A stretch of DNA of 64,000 nucleotides, taken from contig JBLIRN010000001.1 of NCBI GenBank assembly GCA_049472315.1, positions 64,001-128,000 of the forward strand, read 5' to 3'. Made by a program: the position numbers and the translations under genes. Shown here piece by piece: positions 40,364 through 51,086 of this stretch (positions within the stretch are counted from its first letter, which is position 1; each line of letters begins with the position of its first letter). The notes beneath the pieces were generated by a model, which was not told where the DNA came from, ran no database searches, and saw only the letters and a list, made by a program, of their open reading frames with translations. This DNA is from a bacterium (lineage in GTDB: Bacteria; SZUA-182; DTGQ01; JAFGSM01).

Positions 40364-42769
40364 TCATTCCAGTTCCTCGGTGTAATCACATTCCTTGCGG
40401 CCACATTTTTTCTTGGGTCTTTTTCCGTTTGTCTCGAGCATAATCGGGTATCCACACTTGGGGCAGGCAACCGGTATCGGTTTCTCCCAGCAGGCAAAAT
40501 CGCACTCGGGATATGTGCTGCAACTGTAAAAGACCCGACCATGCTTGGAACGTCGTTCCACCAATTCCCCTTGGCATCCCTCCCTGGGGCAGGGGACGCC
40601 GATACCCAAGGGTTTGACGAATTTGCATTTCGGATAATTCGAACAGGACATAAATCGGCCATACCTGCCGTTCTTTATGACCATGGGGCTGCCGCACTTT
40701 TCACATTTTTCCTCGGTGGGCTCGGCCTCCTGTGCGCCTGTGCCCGACTTGTTGAGGGAGACGATATTCTTGCATTCCGGATATCCGCTGCACCCGAGAA
40801 AGGCGCCATAGCGGCCGTGCTTGACCACCATATCCCGGCCGCATTTTTCGCACTTCCTGGAGGCGGGCTCGGGTTCGACGATGGAGATTTCGCCGTTTTC
40901 GGTTCTCCTGAATTCCTTTGTGGTTTTGCATGCGGGGTACCGCGAACAGGACAGAAACTGCCCGTTGCGTCCCCAGCGGATCACCATAGGTGATCCGCAC
41001 GATTCACAGGTGAGGTCGGTTTTGATCCCTTCGTGTTTCACGTCCTTCATCTCATGTTTCGCCTTGTCGAGGGCTTGGTGGAAGGCATCATAAAAGGCAT
41101 CGAGGATCTTGACCCAGTCCTCCCTCCCATCCTCTATCTGATCCAGGCGATCCTCCATCAAAGCGGTGAACTTGACATTGAGAATCTCAGGAAAATTCTC
41201 CACCAGAAGATCGGTGATTATAAATCCGAGCTCGGTCGGATGAAGCTGTCGGTCCTTGCCCACCACGTATTCCCTGTTGAGGATGGTGCCAAGGATGGTG
41301 GCATAGGTGCTCGGTCGCCCTATCCCCTTTTCCTCCATCTCCTTGATCAGGGTCGCCTCGGTGTATCGGGGAGGCGGCTGGGTGAAGTGCTGCTTGGGAA
41401 TAAGCTCCTTGAGCGAAAGGCGCTCTCCTTCCTTAAGGGCAGGGAGGGGATTCATGTCCTCCCGTTCCTGGCCTTCCTCTCCGTTCTGCGCAGGGCCCTT
41501 TGTTTTCTGAGGAAAAAGCTTCAGGAAGCCGTCAAATTTCATGGTTGACCCGGATGCCCGCAGGGTGTAATCCCCCGCCTGCACATCAACGGTGGTAACA
41601 TCGAAAACGGCGTCGGACATCTGACAGGCAATAAAGCGTCTCCATATCAAGGAATAAAGTGCGTATTCATCGGCTCCCAGATACTGGCGTACCGATTGAG
41701 GGTCTCTCGCAGCAGAGGTGGGGCGAATCGCCTCGTGCGCCTCCTGCGCGCCCTTTCTGCTCTTGTATGCAATGGATTTCGACGGGCAGTAATCATCTCC
41801 GAACCCCTCCTTGATAAGCCGTCTGGCCTCGTCCACCGCCTCGTGGGCGAGCCTGGTGGAGTCCGTCCTCATGTAGGTGATGAGGCCCACGATTCCCTCG
41901 GCTCCGATGTCCTTGCCTTCATAGAGCCCCTGGGCAACGGACATGGTCTTTTTGGCGGAGAATCGAAACGCGCGTGAGGCCTCCTGCTGAAGGGTGCTGG
42001 TGATAAAGGGAGGAAGGGGATGCTTCCGCTGCTCTCGGGTGACAACCTTTTTAACGGTATAGGTTGCCTGCCTCAGCGCCTTCAGGATCGTATCCGCATG
42101 ATCCTTGTCCGGTATGGAAAGCTTCTTCCCCTTGTGTTGATGCACCTTCGCAGAAAACGGCGGCGGGGTCTCTCCCTCAAGAAGGGCATCAATGCTCCAG
42201 TATTCCTCAGGCACAAAGGCGGTTATTTCCCTCTCCCGTTCACAGATGAGGCGTACCGCCACCGACTGGACCCGTCCTGCGCTAAGCCCCCACTTTACCT
42301 TTTCCCAGAGTATGGGGCTGATCTGATACCCCACCAGACGATCCAGAATCCGTCTGGCCTGCTGCGCATTCACCTTGTTGAGGTCGATCCGCTGGGGGCT
42401 TTCCAGCCCCTTTTGAATCCCCATCTTGGTAAACTCGTTGAACATGACCCTGTAGATCCTGTCCTTAGGGATATCCAGCTCATTGGCAATATGCCACCCG
42501 ATCGCTTCACCCTCCCGGTCGGGGTCAGGGGCGAGAAGGATCTTCTCGGCATTGCGAGCCGTACTCTTTATCTCGCTGAGGATCTTGGCCTTGCCGCGTA
42601 TGGTGATGTATTCAGGGTGAAACCCTTTTTGGATGTCCACACCCAGCCTGTTCTTCGGCAGGTCCTTGATGTGGCCCACGGATGCCTTGATAAGATACCT
42701 GGAGCCGAGAAACTTTTTTAATGTTTTTACCTTGGTAGGAGACTCGACTATTATAAGAGCTTGTCCCAT
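40364..42769 (-). CDS. topA: DNA topoisomerase I with C-terminal Zn ribbons
   Basis: IVESPTK, DPDREGE, SAGRVQS, ITYMRTDS, repeated C-x2-C ribbons. Confidence 0.97.
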   Translation of the reverse strand: MGQALIIVESPTKVKTLKKFLGSRYLIKASVGHIKDLPKNRLGVDIQKGFHPEYITIRGKAKILSEIKSTARNAEKILLAPDPDREGEAIGWHIANELDIPKDRIYRVMFNEFTKMGIQKGLESPQRIDLNKVNAQQARRILDRLVGYQISPILWEKVKWGLSAGRVQSVAVRLICEREREITAFVPEEYWSIDALLEGETPPPFSAKVHQHKGKKLSIPDKDHADTILKALRQATYTVKKVVTREQRKHPLPPFITSTLQQEASRAFRFSAKKTMSVAQGLYEGKDIGAEGIVGLITYMRTDSTRLAHEAVDEARRLIKEGFGDDYCPSKSIAYKSRKGAQEAHEAIRPTSAARDPQSVRQYLGADEYALYSLIWRRFIACQMSDAVFDVTTVDVQAGDYTLRASGSTMKFDGFLKLFPQKTKGPAQNGEEGQEREDMNPLPALKEGERLSLKELIPKQHFTQPPPRYTEATLIKEMEEKGIGRPSTYATILGTILNREYVVGKDRQLHPTELGFIITDLLVENFPEILNVKFTALMEDRLDQIEDGREDWVKILDAFYDAFHQALDKAKHEMKDVKHEGIKTDLTCESCGSPMVIRWGRNGQFLSCSRYPACKTTKEFRRTENGEISIVEPEPASRKCEKCGRDMVVKHGRYGAFLGCSGYPECKNIVSLNKSGTGAQEAEPTEEKCEKCGSPMVIKNGRYGRFMSCSNYPKCKFVKPLGIGVPCPREGCQGELVERRSKHGRVFYSCSTYPECDFACWEKPIPVACPKCGYPIMLETNGKRPKKKCGRKECDYTEELE

Positions 42770-42814
42770 GATATCATTCACTTCCTTTAGGGACGACACA
42801 ATCTGCGTGCGCCG

Positions 42815-43909
42815 CTAACCCCTTACATACATGTTACCGGGAAGCTTGGTAACCATTCCCTTCATTTCAAGATGGACCAACCGCGATCCCAACTGCCGCG
42901 CAGGGAGCCCGGTCTTTTCAACGAGTGCATCGATATGCTGGGGAGTACCGGTGAGTGCCGACAATACCGGATCACTCTCATCGCCCTTCTCGGACGGCCT
43001 GCGGACAGGACGCGCCTCCCGCGCCATAAGCGGACCGAGGTGCGGCCCCAGTTCCTCGAATATGTCCTCGACATGATCCGCCAGGCTCGCCCCCTGCTTA
43101 ATAAGGCCGTTCGTACCCTTGCTCACCGGCGAATTGATGGGGCCGGGTACCGCAAAGACCTCCCTGCCCTGTTCGAGGGCAAGTCGAGCGGTGATGAGGG
43201 CGCCGCTCACCTCTCCTGCCTCCACAACCATGGTCCCCAATGCCAACCCGCTGATTATCCGGTTTCGCATCGGGAAATTCTGTTGAAGCGGGGCAGTGCC
43301 CATGGGAAACTCCGAGATCACCGCACCGTTTTCCACGATGGACTCGACCAGCGCCTTGTTCTCCCTGGGATATACCCGATCCATGCCGCTTCCCAGAACG
43401 GCAATGGTCCTTCCCCCTCCCTTCAACGCCCCCCGATGTGCCTTGGTATCGATCCCTCGCGCGAGCCCGCTCACGATTGTTATGCCCCGGCAGGCCAGTT
43501 GCTCCGCAAAATCCTCCGCCACGGTCTTTCCGTAAGTGGTCGGACGCCTCGATCCGACGATCGCCACGCTCATCTTATCATCGGGAATAATGCGCCCCTT
43601 TATGTACAAGGCCAGGGGAGGATCGAATATCTGGCTAAGGGATTCCGGGTAGTCAGGGTCTTCAATGGTCAAAAAATCCACCTTATGCGTGGCCATGAGG
43701 TCCTTTTCCTTTTTGACTGCCTTTTCAGCCCGAAAAGAGGCTACATTCTTTGCCAACGTGGGGGTCACCCCCTCAACCTTTGAGAGTTGCTCGGCCGAGG
43801 CCTTCAGCACCATATCAACGGAACCAAAAACCTGACACAGCCTCCGAACCACGGAAATGTTCATGCCGGGTATGAGATTTAATGCCAACCAAGAATCCCT
43901 TGAGTCCAT
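42815..43909 (-). CDS. dprA: DNA-processing protein
   Basis: AIVGSR, VSGLARGID, NFPMRNRIISG, VFAVPG. Confidence 0.95.
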   Translation of the reverse strand: MDSRDSWLALNLIPGMNISVVRRLCQVFGSVDMVLKASAEQLSKVEGVTPTLAKNVASFRAEKAVKKEKDLMATHKVDFLTIEDPDYPESLSQIFDPPLALYIKGRIIPDDKMSVAIVGSRRPTTYGKTVAEDFAEQLACRGITIVSGLARGIDTKAHRGALKGGGRTIAVLGSGMDRVYPRENKALVESIVENGAVISEFPMGTAPLQQNFPMRNRIISGLALGTMVVEAGEVSGALITARLALEQGREVFAVPGPINSPVSKGTNGLIKQGASLADHVEDIFEELGPHLGPLMAREARPVRRPSEKGDESDPVLSALTGTPQHIDALVEKTGLPARQLGSRLVHLEMKGMVTKLPGNMYVRG

Positions 43910-44524
43910 AGTTATCCTTCCATCCCATAAAATAATAAATAAATGGCGCCCCTGCAATAGGGCACGGTCCTCCGCACGATAATGAATTTTATCTCTTTAT
44001 CGGCAAATGGGCCGCACATCCATTCCCCTATCCTAATAAAGGGAGCAATTATATCAATTTTATCGACAAAAAAGAAAGGCGCTATCACCATAGCCCGCTC
44101 GCCACCATGTCTTCACGAGGGCCTTTCCCCCGATCCTCCCGATCAGACAAGCCGGGAAGGTATTGCCCCATCAGGCGGATATATGCACGGTCTCATTTTT
44201 ACACACAGGCAGTATACGACATTACGATACCTCATGGAAGGCAATATCACAATATGCAAAAAATTTACAAAAGGCCTCCCATTTCGCTTCGTACAAAGGA
44301 CTGCCCGCAATCCCGGCGACCACTCATTATATATATCTATTTTTCTTTTTTATTATTGGATTTCCTATCGCCATGTGCGGTCGAGGTTTCGTCCATCAAA
44401 ATGGACAGTGTATGTTGGCAGAAAGAGGACATTTCTGTTTTGGTTTGACATAGCAATATGATTTTCTTGACTTTCTGCCCAATTCACTATACAATTTGTG
44501 TGGCTTCCCCTGTTGAGGTGCCCG

Positions 44525-44938
44525 ATGACATCCTATACAATTTTAATCGTGGACAGCGAAAAACCAGTGACAAACGCCTTGAAGAGGGTTCTGTGGAAGG
44601 AAGGGTACCGCATCCTGACCGCTCACTGCGGCAGCGAGGCCCTCGCCAAGGCAGAGGCCTTCGGGTGTCATCTCGTGCTGTCCGATTACCGGTTACCGGA
44701 CATACAGGGCATCGACCTGCTGAACCTGATCAGGGAACGGCAGCCTCGCACCATCCGGTTACTCATCACCTCCCAGATCGATCTTGATCAATTGATGTGT
44801 GAGGCAAAAAAGGGTGGGATCAGTCGTTTCATCACCAAACCATGGGAGCCCCAGGAACTGAAGGACATTATTCGAGAGGCGCTCAAGGATTACGACCACA
44901 AGGCCACGGAAGACCCAGCCGAAAAAAGAGATGAATAG
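44525..44938 (+). CDS. Single-domain response regulator
   Basis: ILIVD, VLSDYRLP, FITKPW. Confidence 0.85.
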   Translation: MTSYTILIVDSEKPVTNALKRVLWKEGYRILTAHCGSEALAKAEAFGCHLVLSDYRLPDIQGIDLLNLIRERQPRTIRLLITSQIDLDQLMCEAKKGGISRFITKPWEPQELKDIIREALKDYDHKATEDPAEKRDE

Positions 44939-44967
44939 CCCTCGGTCTTGTAAGGGGATATGATTCG

Positions 44968-46917
44968 ATGACCCCGCAACACAAAGCGTTTGATGAGCAT
45001 AGGGAAGGCACGCCGGGGGTACGTGTTTCCATCCGGCGAATCCTCTCAATATCAATCATCTGCCTGATCCTCTTCATATCGGCGGGTAGTTATATCCTCT
45101 TTTTGCGACTTCATTCGAAGACAATCGAGCACGTCATACGATCAAAGGGGATATTCGTGACGCGCATATTGAACAGGGAATCCCTCCCCCACCTCGCCGC
45201 CCATGAATACGATCCTGTACAGGGATATGTCAAGGACCTGACCATCGACGAGGACGTCCTCTATGCCGCGGTCCTGGACGCGGATGGCCGCGTCATCGCG
45301 GAGGCCCCTGCCGGTTTTCGCCACGGATCAACACCGGATATCGGCAATATCTCGTCCGCTCCGCTCCTGACCCCCTTCTTCGATGAAGAGGGCAGAAGAG
45401 AGGGGTATACGGTAACGATGGGTATCGTGTCCGCCGACGGCCTGATCGGCATGAGCACAACCATTGTCTCCTTCCGCACGGTGCACCGGGACCTGTCCAC
45501 CCTGAGGAATGAAATCCTTTTCCTGATCGGGTTCATCGCCCTGATCGGGGTGGTACTATCCCTTTTCCTTTCGAAATCCATTACAAGGCCGATCCTCGAC
45601 CTGATCAAGGCATCCGGAAGGATCCGTGAGGGAGCCTCCGAGGTGGGGTCCCCTACCGCATCAAGAACCGAGATCGGACTCCTGGCCCGGTTCTTTGTGG
45701 AGATGGCCGGCAGTATCCGTCAGTACCGGGAGCGAATCCTCAACCAGAACAATGAAATCAAGGCGATAATCGACAGCATGGGAAGCGGCCTGTTCACTAT
45801 CGACAGGGAATGGCGCATAACCTCCTTTAACAGGGCTGCCGAGCGCATCACGGGATTTAAGGAGGAGGAGGTACTGGGGAAAAAATGCGAAGAGGTGTTC
45901 CACAGTGAGGCGTGCACCAACGAATGCCCCATGGAGAAGGCCCTCCAGGCAGATGCCTGTATCCTCAGCCATGATTTTTACGTTAAGAACAAGCAGGGTA
46001 AACGGATCCCCATCAACGCAAGCGCCTCGCCCCTGAAGGACGAATCAGGAAGGGTTATCGGAGCGGTGGAGGTGTTCAAGGATTTGACGGAGCTCAAGGA
46101 TCTCCAGAAGCAACTCATCCAGGCGGACAAGATGGCGGCACTGGGGCAAATGATCTCGGGGATCGCCCATGATATCAATAATCCCACCGGCGTCATCCAT
46201 AGCAATATCATCGCCCTCTCCGAATACATGGAGGTGATACGAAACCTGCTCGCCAAATACCACGCCGTCTCTCAAGAGGACTCAAAAGAGAAACGGGATG
46301 CCCTGTTCGAGGAGATCAAAGGCTATGAAGAACAGTCCGATATCGATTACATCCTCGAAGACCTCGATTGCCTTGTGGAGGAGAGCAAGGAGGCGGCAAA
46401 AAGGATCACCCATATCGTCAGGGACCTCAGGAACTTCATCCACATCGATGTCGGGCAGCTCCAGATGACCGACCTGAACCAAAGGCTGGATGCCTGCCTG
46501 AAGCTCATCAAGTTCAACCAGACAATTACGGTGGTCAGGGATTACGCTGAACTGCCGCCGGTGTATTGTAATGCCCAGCAGATCGATCAGATCTTCACCA
46601 ATATCCTTCTCAATGCCTCCCAGGCATTGGGAGACAAAGGCGAAATCAGGATCACCACCTCCGGCATCGATGGACGGGTAAGGGTCTCCATTCGAGACAA
46701 CGGCCCCGGGATACCCGAGGACATACTCCCCAAGATCTTTGACCCCTTCTTCACGACAAAGGAGATCGGAGAGGGGACAGGCCTCGGCCTGAGTATCTGT
46801 TTCAGGATTGTCACCAGCCACGGAGGAAAGATTTGGGTGGAAAGCGAACCCGAAAACTGGACCGAATTCTTTGTGGAGCTTCCGGTGACCCCGCAGGAGA
46901 CCTTCATTATCAAGTAG
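44968..46917 (+). CDS. Membrane sensor histidine kinase (HAMP-PAS-HisKA-HATPase, NtrB-like)
   Basis: Two TM segments, FNRAAERITG, GIAHDINNP, DNGPG, FFTTK..GEGTGLGL. Confidence 0.92.
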   Translation: MTPQHKAFDEHREGTPGVRVSIRRILSISIICLILFISAGSYILFLRLHSKTIEHVIRSKGIFVTRILNRESLPHLAAHEYDPVQGYVKDLTIDEDVLYAAVLDADGRVIAEAPAGFRHGSTPDIGNISSAPLLTPFFDEEGRREGYTVTMGIVSADGLIGMSTTIVSFRTVHRDLSTLRNEILFLIGFIALIGVVLSLFLSKSITRPILDLIKASGRIREGASEVGSPTASRTEIGLLARFFVEMAGSIRQYRERILNQNNEIKAIIDSMGSGLFTIDREWRITSFNRAAERITGFKEEEVLGKKCEEVFHSEACTNECPMEKALQADACILSHDFYVKNKQGKRIPINASASPLKDESGRVIGAVEVFKDLTELKDLQKQLIQADKMAALGQMISGIAHDINNPTGVIHSNIIALSEYMEVIRNLLAKYHAVSQEDSKEKRDALFEEIKGYEEQSDIDYILEDLDCLVEESKEAAKRITHIVRDLRNFIHIDVGQLQMTDLNQRLDACLKLIKFNQTITVVRDYAELPPVYCNAQQIDQIFTNILLNASQALGDKGEIRITTSGIDGRVRVSIRDNGPGIPEDILPKIFDPFFTTKEIGEGTGLGLSICFRIVTSHGGKIWVESEPENWTEFFVELPVTPQETFIIK

Positions 46918-46929
46918 GTGCGCGAGGTA

Positions 46930-47838
46930 TTATGCCCGGGGGTGGTGGCGGTTATACACCTGCCTGATCCTCTCCATAGTGACGTGGGTATAAATCTGCG
47001 TGGTGGCGATATCCGAATGGCCGAGGAGTATCTGCACAACCCGCAGGTTTGCTCCGTTTTCGAGAAGATGGGTTGCAAAGGAGTGACGCAGGGTGTGGGG
47101 GGTTACCTCCGGCGGAAGCCCCGCATTGAACGCATATTGCTTGAGGATCTTCCATGCCCCCTGCCGTGTCATGGCGCCTCCCATCCGGGATACGATCAGG
47201 TGCCCTCCCTTGTTTGCCCGGGCCAATCGAGGTCTTCCCCGTGCCAAATACTCCTCCAACCAATGGAGTGCCTCATGCCCGAGGGGGATCACCCGCTGTT
47301 TTCCCCCCTTTCCCGTACAGATGCAGAAACCCGATTGAAGGTTCAGATCCTCAAGGCATACCTGCAGGGCCTCCGTTATCCGCATACCGGTCGCGTACAA
47401 AAGTTCGAGGAGGGCCTTGTCCCGAAGGCCCTGGGGGGTCGTCACATCCGGTTGGCTCAAAAGGGTCTCTGTCTGTTCATAGGTGAGTACCATTGGAATA
47501 CGCCTCCATAACCGCGGCATGGACATGAGGCGGGTGGGGTTTTTCTTGAGGATCCCCCTCCTGGTCAAAAAGGCATAAAAATGACGAATGGAGGAGAGGT
47601 GGCGCGCCCTGGTGCGGTGAGAGAGTCCTTGTTCCTTGAGACGGCCGAGATGGTCGAGGATGTGCTCCGTACACGACTGCTCGATGCATGGTATGCCCGC
47701 GTGCCGCATATAGTGAAGGTAGCATCGCAGGTCATGCTCGTAGGCGGCAATGCTGTTTTCAGCCAACCCCCTTTCGGTGACCAGGTAGGTGAGAAAGGTA
47801 TCGAGAAGCCCTTCCACGGGGGAATCAGAAGAAGCCAT
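46930..47838 (-). CDS. xerD: Tyrosine recombinase XerD
   Basis: [49 protein letters not shown]; no IntI insert. Confidence 0.88.
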   Translation of the reverse strand: MASSDSPVEGLLDTFLTYLVTERGLAENSIAAYEHDLRCYLHYMRHAGIPCIEQSCTEHILDHLGRLKEQGLSHRTRARHLSSIRHFYAFLTRRGILKKNPTRLMSMPRLWRRIPMVLTYEQTETLLSQPDVTTPQGLRDKALLELLYATGMRITEALQVCLEDLNLQSGFCICTGKGGKQRVIPLGHEALHWLEEYLARGRPRLARANKGGHLIVSRMGGAMTRQGAWKILKQYAFNAGLPPEVTPHTLRHSFATHLLENGANLRVVQILLGHSDIATTQIYTHVTMERIRQVYNRHHPRA

Positions 47839-48472
47839 GGGCCTTCTCTTCACCGAGCACGGAGGGTTCACCATGCCCGGGAAGAAGGATCAATTCGTCC
47901 GGCAGCGTCCACAGACGATTTTGAATGGAATGAACAAGGGCATTATAACTGCCGCCGGAGAAATCGGTACGGCCCACCCCTTGTCTGAAAAGGGTATCGC
48001 CGGAAAAAAGCAGCGGAGGACACAGGAGGCAGATACTTCCCGGGGTATGCCCGGGCGTATGGATCACCTCCAGGGTATAGGTGCCGATTCGAATCACGTC
48101 CCCATCATTGAGTGCCCTTTCGGGTTTAAACGGCGTATACCCCCCACCGAAAAATCCCTTCAGCAGCGGGTCAGGTTCGAGAAACACGGGGATCTCATCC
48201 GCATGGCAGGCAACCGGCACACCCCATCGTTCGGCGAGCTCGGGTATGGCCATGATATGGTCCAGGTGTCCGTGGGTGGCAATAATGAGCGTGGGTACGA
48301 GCCCCTCCTGCTCGAGGAATTGTGTAATCTCCAGAGCATTACCCCCCGGATCGATGATAACGACCTTCCTCTCCTCGATGCTTCCCACAATGTAACAATT
48401 CACCCCTAATGGCCCGCATGGCAGTGTCTTGATGAGCGCATGGCCGTCCTGCATGATTCCTTCAGCTGCCAT
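47825..48472 (-). CDS. MBL-fold metallo-hydrolase (glyoxalase II-like)
   Basis: THGHLDH, HTPGHTPG, SGDTLF, PGHG. Confidence 0.9.
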   Translation of the reverse strand: MAAEGIMQDGHALIKTLPCGPLGVNCYIVGSIEERKVVIIDPGGNALEITQFLEQEGLVPTLIIATHGHLDHIMAIPELAERWGVPVACHADEIPVFLEPDPLLKGFFGGGYTPFKPERALNDGDVIRIGTYTLEVIHTPGHTPGSICLLCPPLLFSGDTLFRQGVGRTDFSGGSYNALVHSIQNRLWTLPDELILLPGHGEPSVLGEEKAHGFF

Positions 48473-48634
48473 TATTCGATACCCCTTTCATTCGAGAAAC
48501 CACCTGATATATCCTCGGTCAACTCTCATTGCGACGGTACACCCTCATGGGCAGACATGTTTACGGAGCGACAAACGATTCAAGGCGAGAATTGCTGCAT
48601 CGCGCCAGTCATCGTAATCCCGGACGCTGCCGGC

Positions 48635-49102
48635 TCACTCGTCGGCATTCCCTATGCCCTTGGGCGCCCGATCCAGGATAAGGGTGACCGGTCCCTCATT
48701 GCAGATATTCACCATCATATGGGCCTGAAAACGGCCGGTTTCCACGACGAGCCCCGTTGTCCGCGCCAGGGCCACAAAATGATCGTAGAGTTTTTCCGCC
48801 ACATCCGGCGGTGCCGCTGCATCGAATCCCGGTCTTCTCCCCTTGCGGCAATCGCCGAGGAGGGTAAATTGTGACACGATAAGCAGTGCACCGCGAATAT
48901 CGAGGAGGGAACGATCGAACCTGCCCCGTTCATCCTCGAAGACCCTGAGGTTGCAGATCTTATCCACCAAAAAGGCAGCCCCGTCTGCGGAGTCGCCCTT
49001 GGCAATACCCAGGAATACCACCAGTCCGATCCCGATATGTCCGATCACCGCGCCATCCACCTCGACCGAGGCCTCCCTCACCCGCTGCAGCACAACCCTC
49101 AT
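48635..49102 (-). CDS. dtd: D-aminoacyl-tRNA deacylase
   Basis: MRVVLQRV, SQFTL, NEGPVT. Confidence 0.95.
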   Translation of the reverse strand: MRVVLQRVREASVEVDGAVIGHIGIGLVVFLGIAKGDSADGAAFLVDKICNLRVFEDERGRFDRSLLDIRGALLIVSQFTLLGDCRKGRRPGFDAAAPPDVAEKLYDHFVALARTTGLVVETGRFQAHMMVNICNEGPVTLILDRAPKGIGNADE

Positions 49103-49593
49103 CCCCTTTCCTCCAGTGACCTCGTTTCGAGCACAAGCAGCATCCTTTTCCAGCCGGTGCCGGACGAAAACCCGGTGAGTTGACCGTGTGCGCCGATCAC
49201 CCGGTGGCAGGGTATCACAATGGGCCAGGGATTCCCTTTCAGCGCCTGTCCGACCGCCCTCGCTGCCCCCGGAGATCCCGCGCACCGTGCAAGCTCACCA
49301 TAGCTCATGGTCTCGCCGTATGGTATACGGCCTGCAAGTTCGAGGATCCATCGTTCGAAATCGGTTCGGTTCCCCCACACCAGCGGATATCCGCAGAGGT
49401 CCTCCTGGATGCCTTCAAAATACCGCGTCAGTGCTCGGGCAAGGATACCCCCGGACGGGTGCGGACCCGATACGGTGACCTTCAGCCGGGACACCACACC
49501 GTCGATGGTGTCATCCCCGCCGGGGCCCTCGCCCATAAAGGGAAGCTGCACCGAAAGGATGCCCTCGATACCTGTACGGACAACAATCTCCAT
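49099..49593 (-). CDS. ogt: Methylated-DNA--protein-cysteine methyltransferase
   Basis: IPYGET.SYG, ARAVG, IPCHRV. Confidence 0.92.
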   Translation of the reverse strand: MEIVVRTGIEGILSVQLPFMGEGPGGDDTIDGVVSRLKVTVSGPHPSGGILARALTRYFEGIQEDLCGYPLVWGNRTDFERWILELAGRIPYGETMSYGELARCAGSPGAARAVGQALKGNPWPIVIPCHRVIGAHGQLTGFSSGTGWKRMLLVLETRSLEERG

Positions 49594-49741
49594 AACTCCA
49601 CCTCATTAAGATGCATGAACATCACTGTTCCCCGTCATTATACCCCCTTCCCTCCATGACGACAAATCCCTGCACATCATCGGCATTGGGCGGTCGCCGT
49701 AGGGTATGTGTCAACCGTTTCATTTCTGCAGACAATTTTTT

Positions 49742-49769
49742 TTGACGAAGGGGAAAAAGGGTGTATAAT
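49742..49769 (+). promoter_or_regulatory. Sigma-70 promoter
   Basis: TTGACG-16 bp-TATAAT. Confidence 0.6.
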
Positions 49770-49841
49770 GCGGGGATATCGAGAGGGACGCATGAATACA
49801 CAATGCCGAATCGATTATGCCCTTATGATTGAACAGCCTGT

Positions 49842-51086
49842 ATGAATACCTATCTACTGGTATGCCTGCTTTTCATCCTGTTGTTTTTTTCCGCATTCTT
49901 CTCCTGTTCCGAGACTGCCCTTATGTCCATCAATCGCCTGCGGCTCTTTCACCTCGTTCACAAGGGGGATAAAAGGGCAAAAAAGGTGAACCGGATACTG
50001 TCCAACCAGCACGCCATGCTCGGGACGATTCTGGTGGGGAACAATTTCGTGAACGTTTCCGCCTCCGTCATTGCCTCTCTTCTGGGAATTATGCTTGTCG
50101 GGCAGGAGGGATTGCTCTATGTGACCATCCTGATGACCTTTATTCTGCTCATCTTTTGCGAGATTACCCCGAAGATGTATGCGACTTCCCATGCGGAGCA
50201 GATCGCCAGCAAGGTTGCCTGGCTCATCGAAACGGCAATGTATGTGCTCAGGCCCATCGTGTGGCTGGTGGTGAGAATCTCCGATCTGCTGCTCGGCATC
50301 CTCGGGCAGAAGCGGCTCTCCGCCTCGAAGCGCCTGCTGACCAATGAGGAGATCAAGAGCGTGATCACCCTCGGTGAACAGGTAGGCGCCCTGGCGCAGA
50401 ACGAACGAAAGATGCTCCAGAGCATCCTGGAGCTCACCAATACCACGGTAAAGGATGTGATGGTGCCCCGAACGGACATGGTGGGGTTGAATATAGGTGC
50501 AACAAAGGATGAGGTGATACAAACAATAATGAAGACGGGCTTTTCGCGTTTCCCGGTGTTTCAGGACACCATTGACAACATTGTGGGGGTCATTCATTCC
50601 AAGGACCTCATCTGGGAGACCGGCACGGGTTTCTCGCTGGCCGCGATCATGAAGCGGCCCTTTTTTGTGCCTGAGTCGATGAAGATCCATCGTCTCCTGG
50701 GTGAATTCAAAAAGGGCTGGATCCATCTGGCGATCGTGGTGGATGAATACGGCGGCGTGGAGGGGATGGTCACCCTTGAGGATCTCCTGGAGGAGATCGT
50801 GGGTGAGATCAGGGACGAATTTGACGTGACCTCCGGGCCTCCCTTTCAAACCCTGCCGGACGGTGCGATCCTGGTCAACGGGAATATCACCCTCAGGGAC
50901 CTGAGGCGACACCTCAACCTCGACCTCGGGGATGAGGAGAACAAATCACTCGCCGGCCTGATCATGGAAGAACTCGGCCACATCCCGAAGCCGGGGGAAT
51001 CCCTGGAATATAAGGGGTATCACATCAGCGTCAATGCCATGAGAAGGCAGAAAATCGCGCAGGTGAAGATCAGCCTGCCTCACTGA
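49842..51086 (+). CDS. HlyC/CorC (CNNM-CBS) family transporter
   Basis: SAFFS.SETA, EITPK, MVPR, SRFPV, VDEYGG..G.VTLEDLLEEIVGEI. Confidence 0.92.
   Translation: MNTYLLVCLLFILLFFSAFFSCSETALMSINRLRLFHLVHKGDKRAKKVNRILSNQHAMLGTILVGNNFVNVSASVIASLLGIMLVGQEGLLYVTILMTFILLIFCEITPKMYATSHAEQIASKVAWLIETAMYVLRPIVWLVVRISDLLLGILGQKRLSASKRLLTNEEIKSVITLGEQVGALAQNERKMLQSILELTNTTVKDVMVPRTDMVGLNIGATKDEVIQTIMKTGFSRFPVFQDTIDNIVGVIHSKDLIWETGTGFSLAAIMKRPFFVPESMKIHRLLGEFKKGWIHLAIVVDEYGGVEGMVTLEDLLEEIVGEIRDEFDVTSGPPFQTLPDGAILVNGNITLRDLRRHLNLDLGDEENKSLAGLIMEELGHIPKPGESLEYKGYHISVNAMRRQKIAQVKISLPH

Noticed and set aside
46930..47838. Second integron or phage integrase
   Set aside because: No IntI insert, no att or cassette context; XerD signature among housekeeping genes
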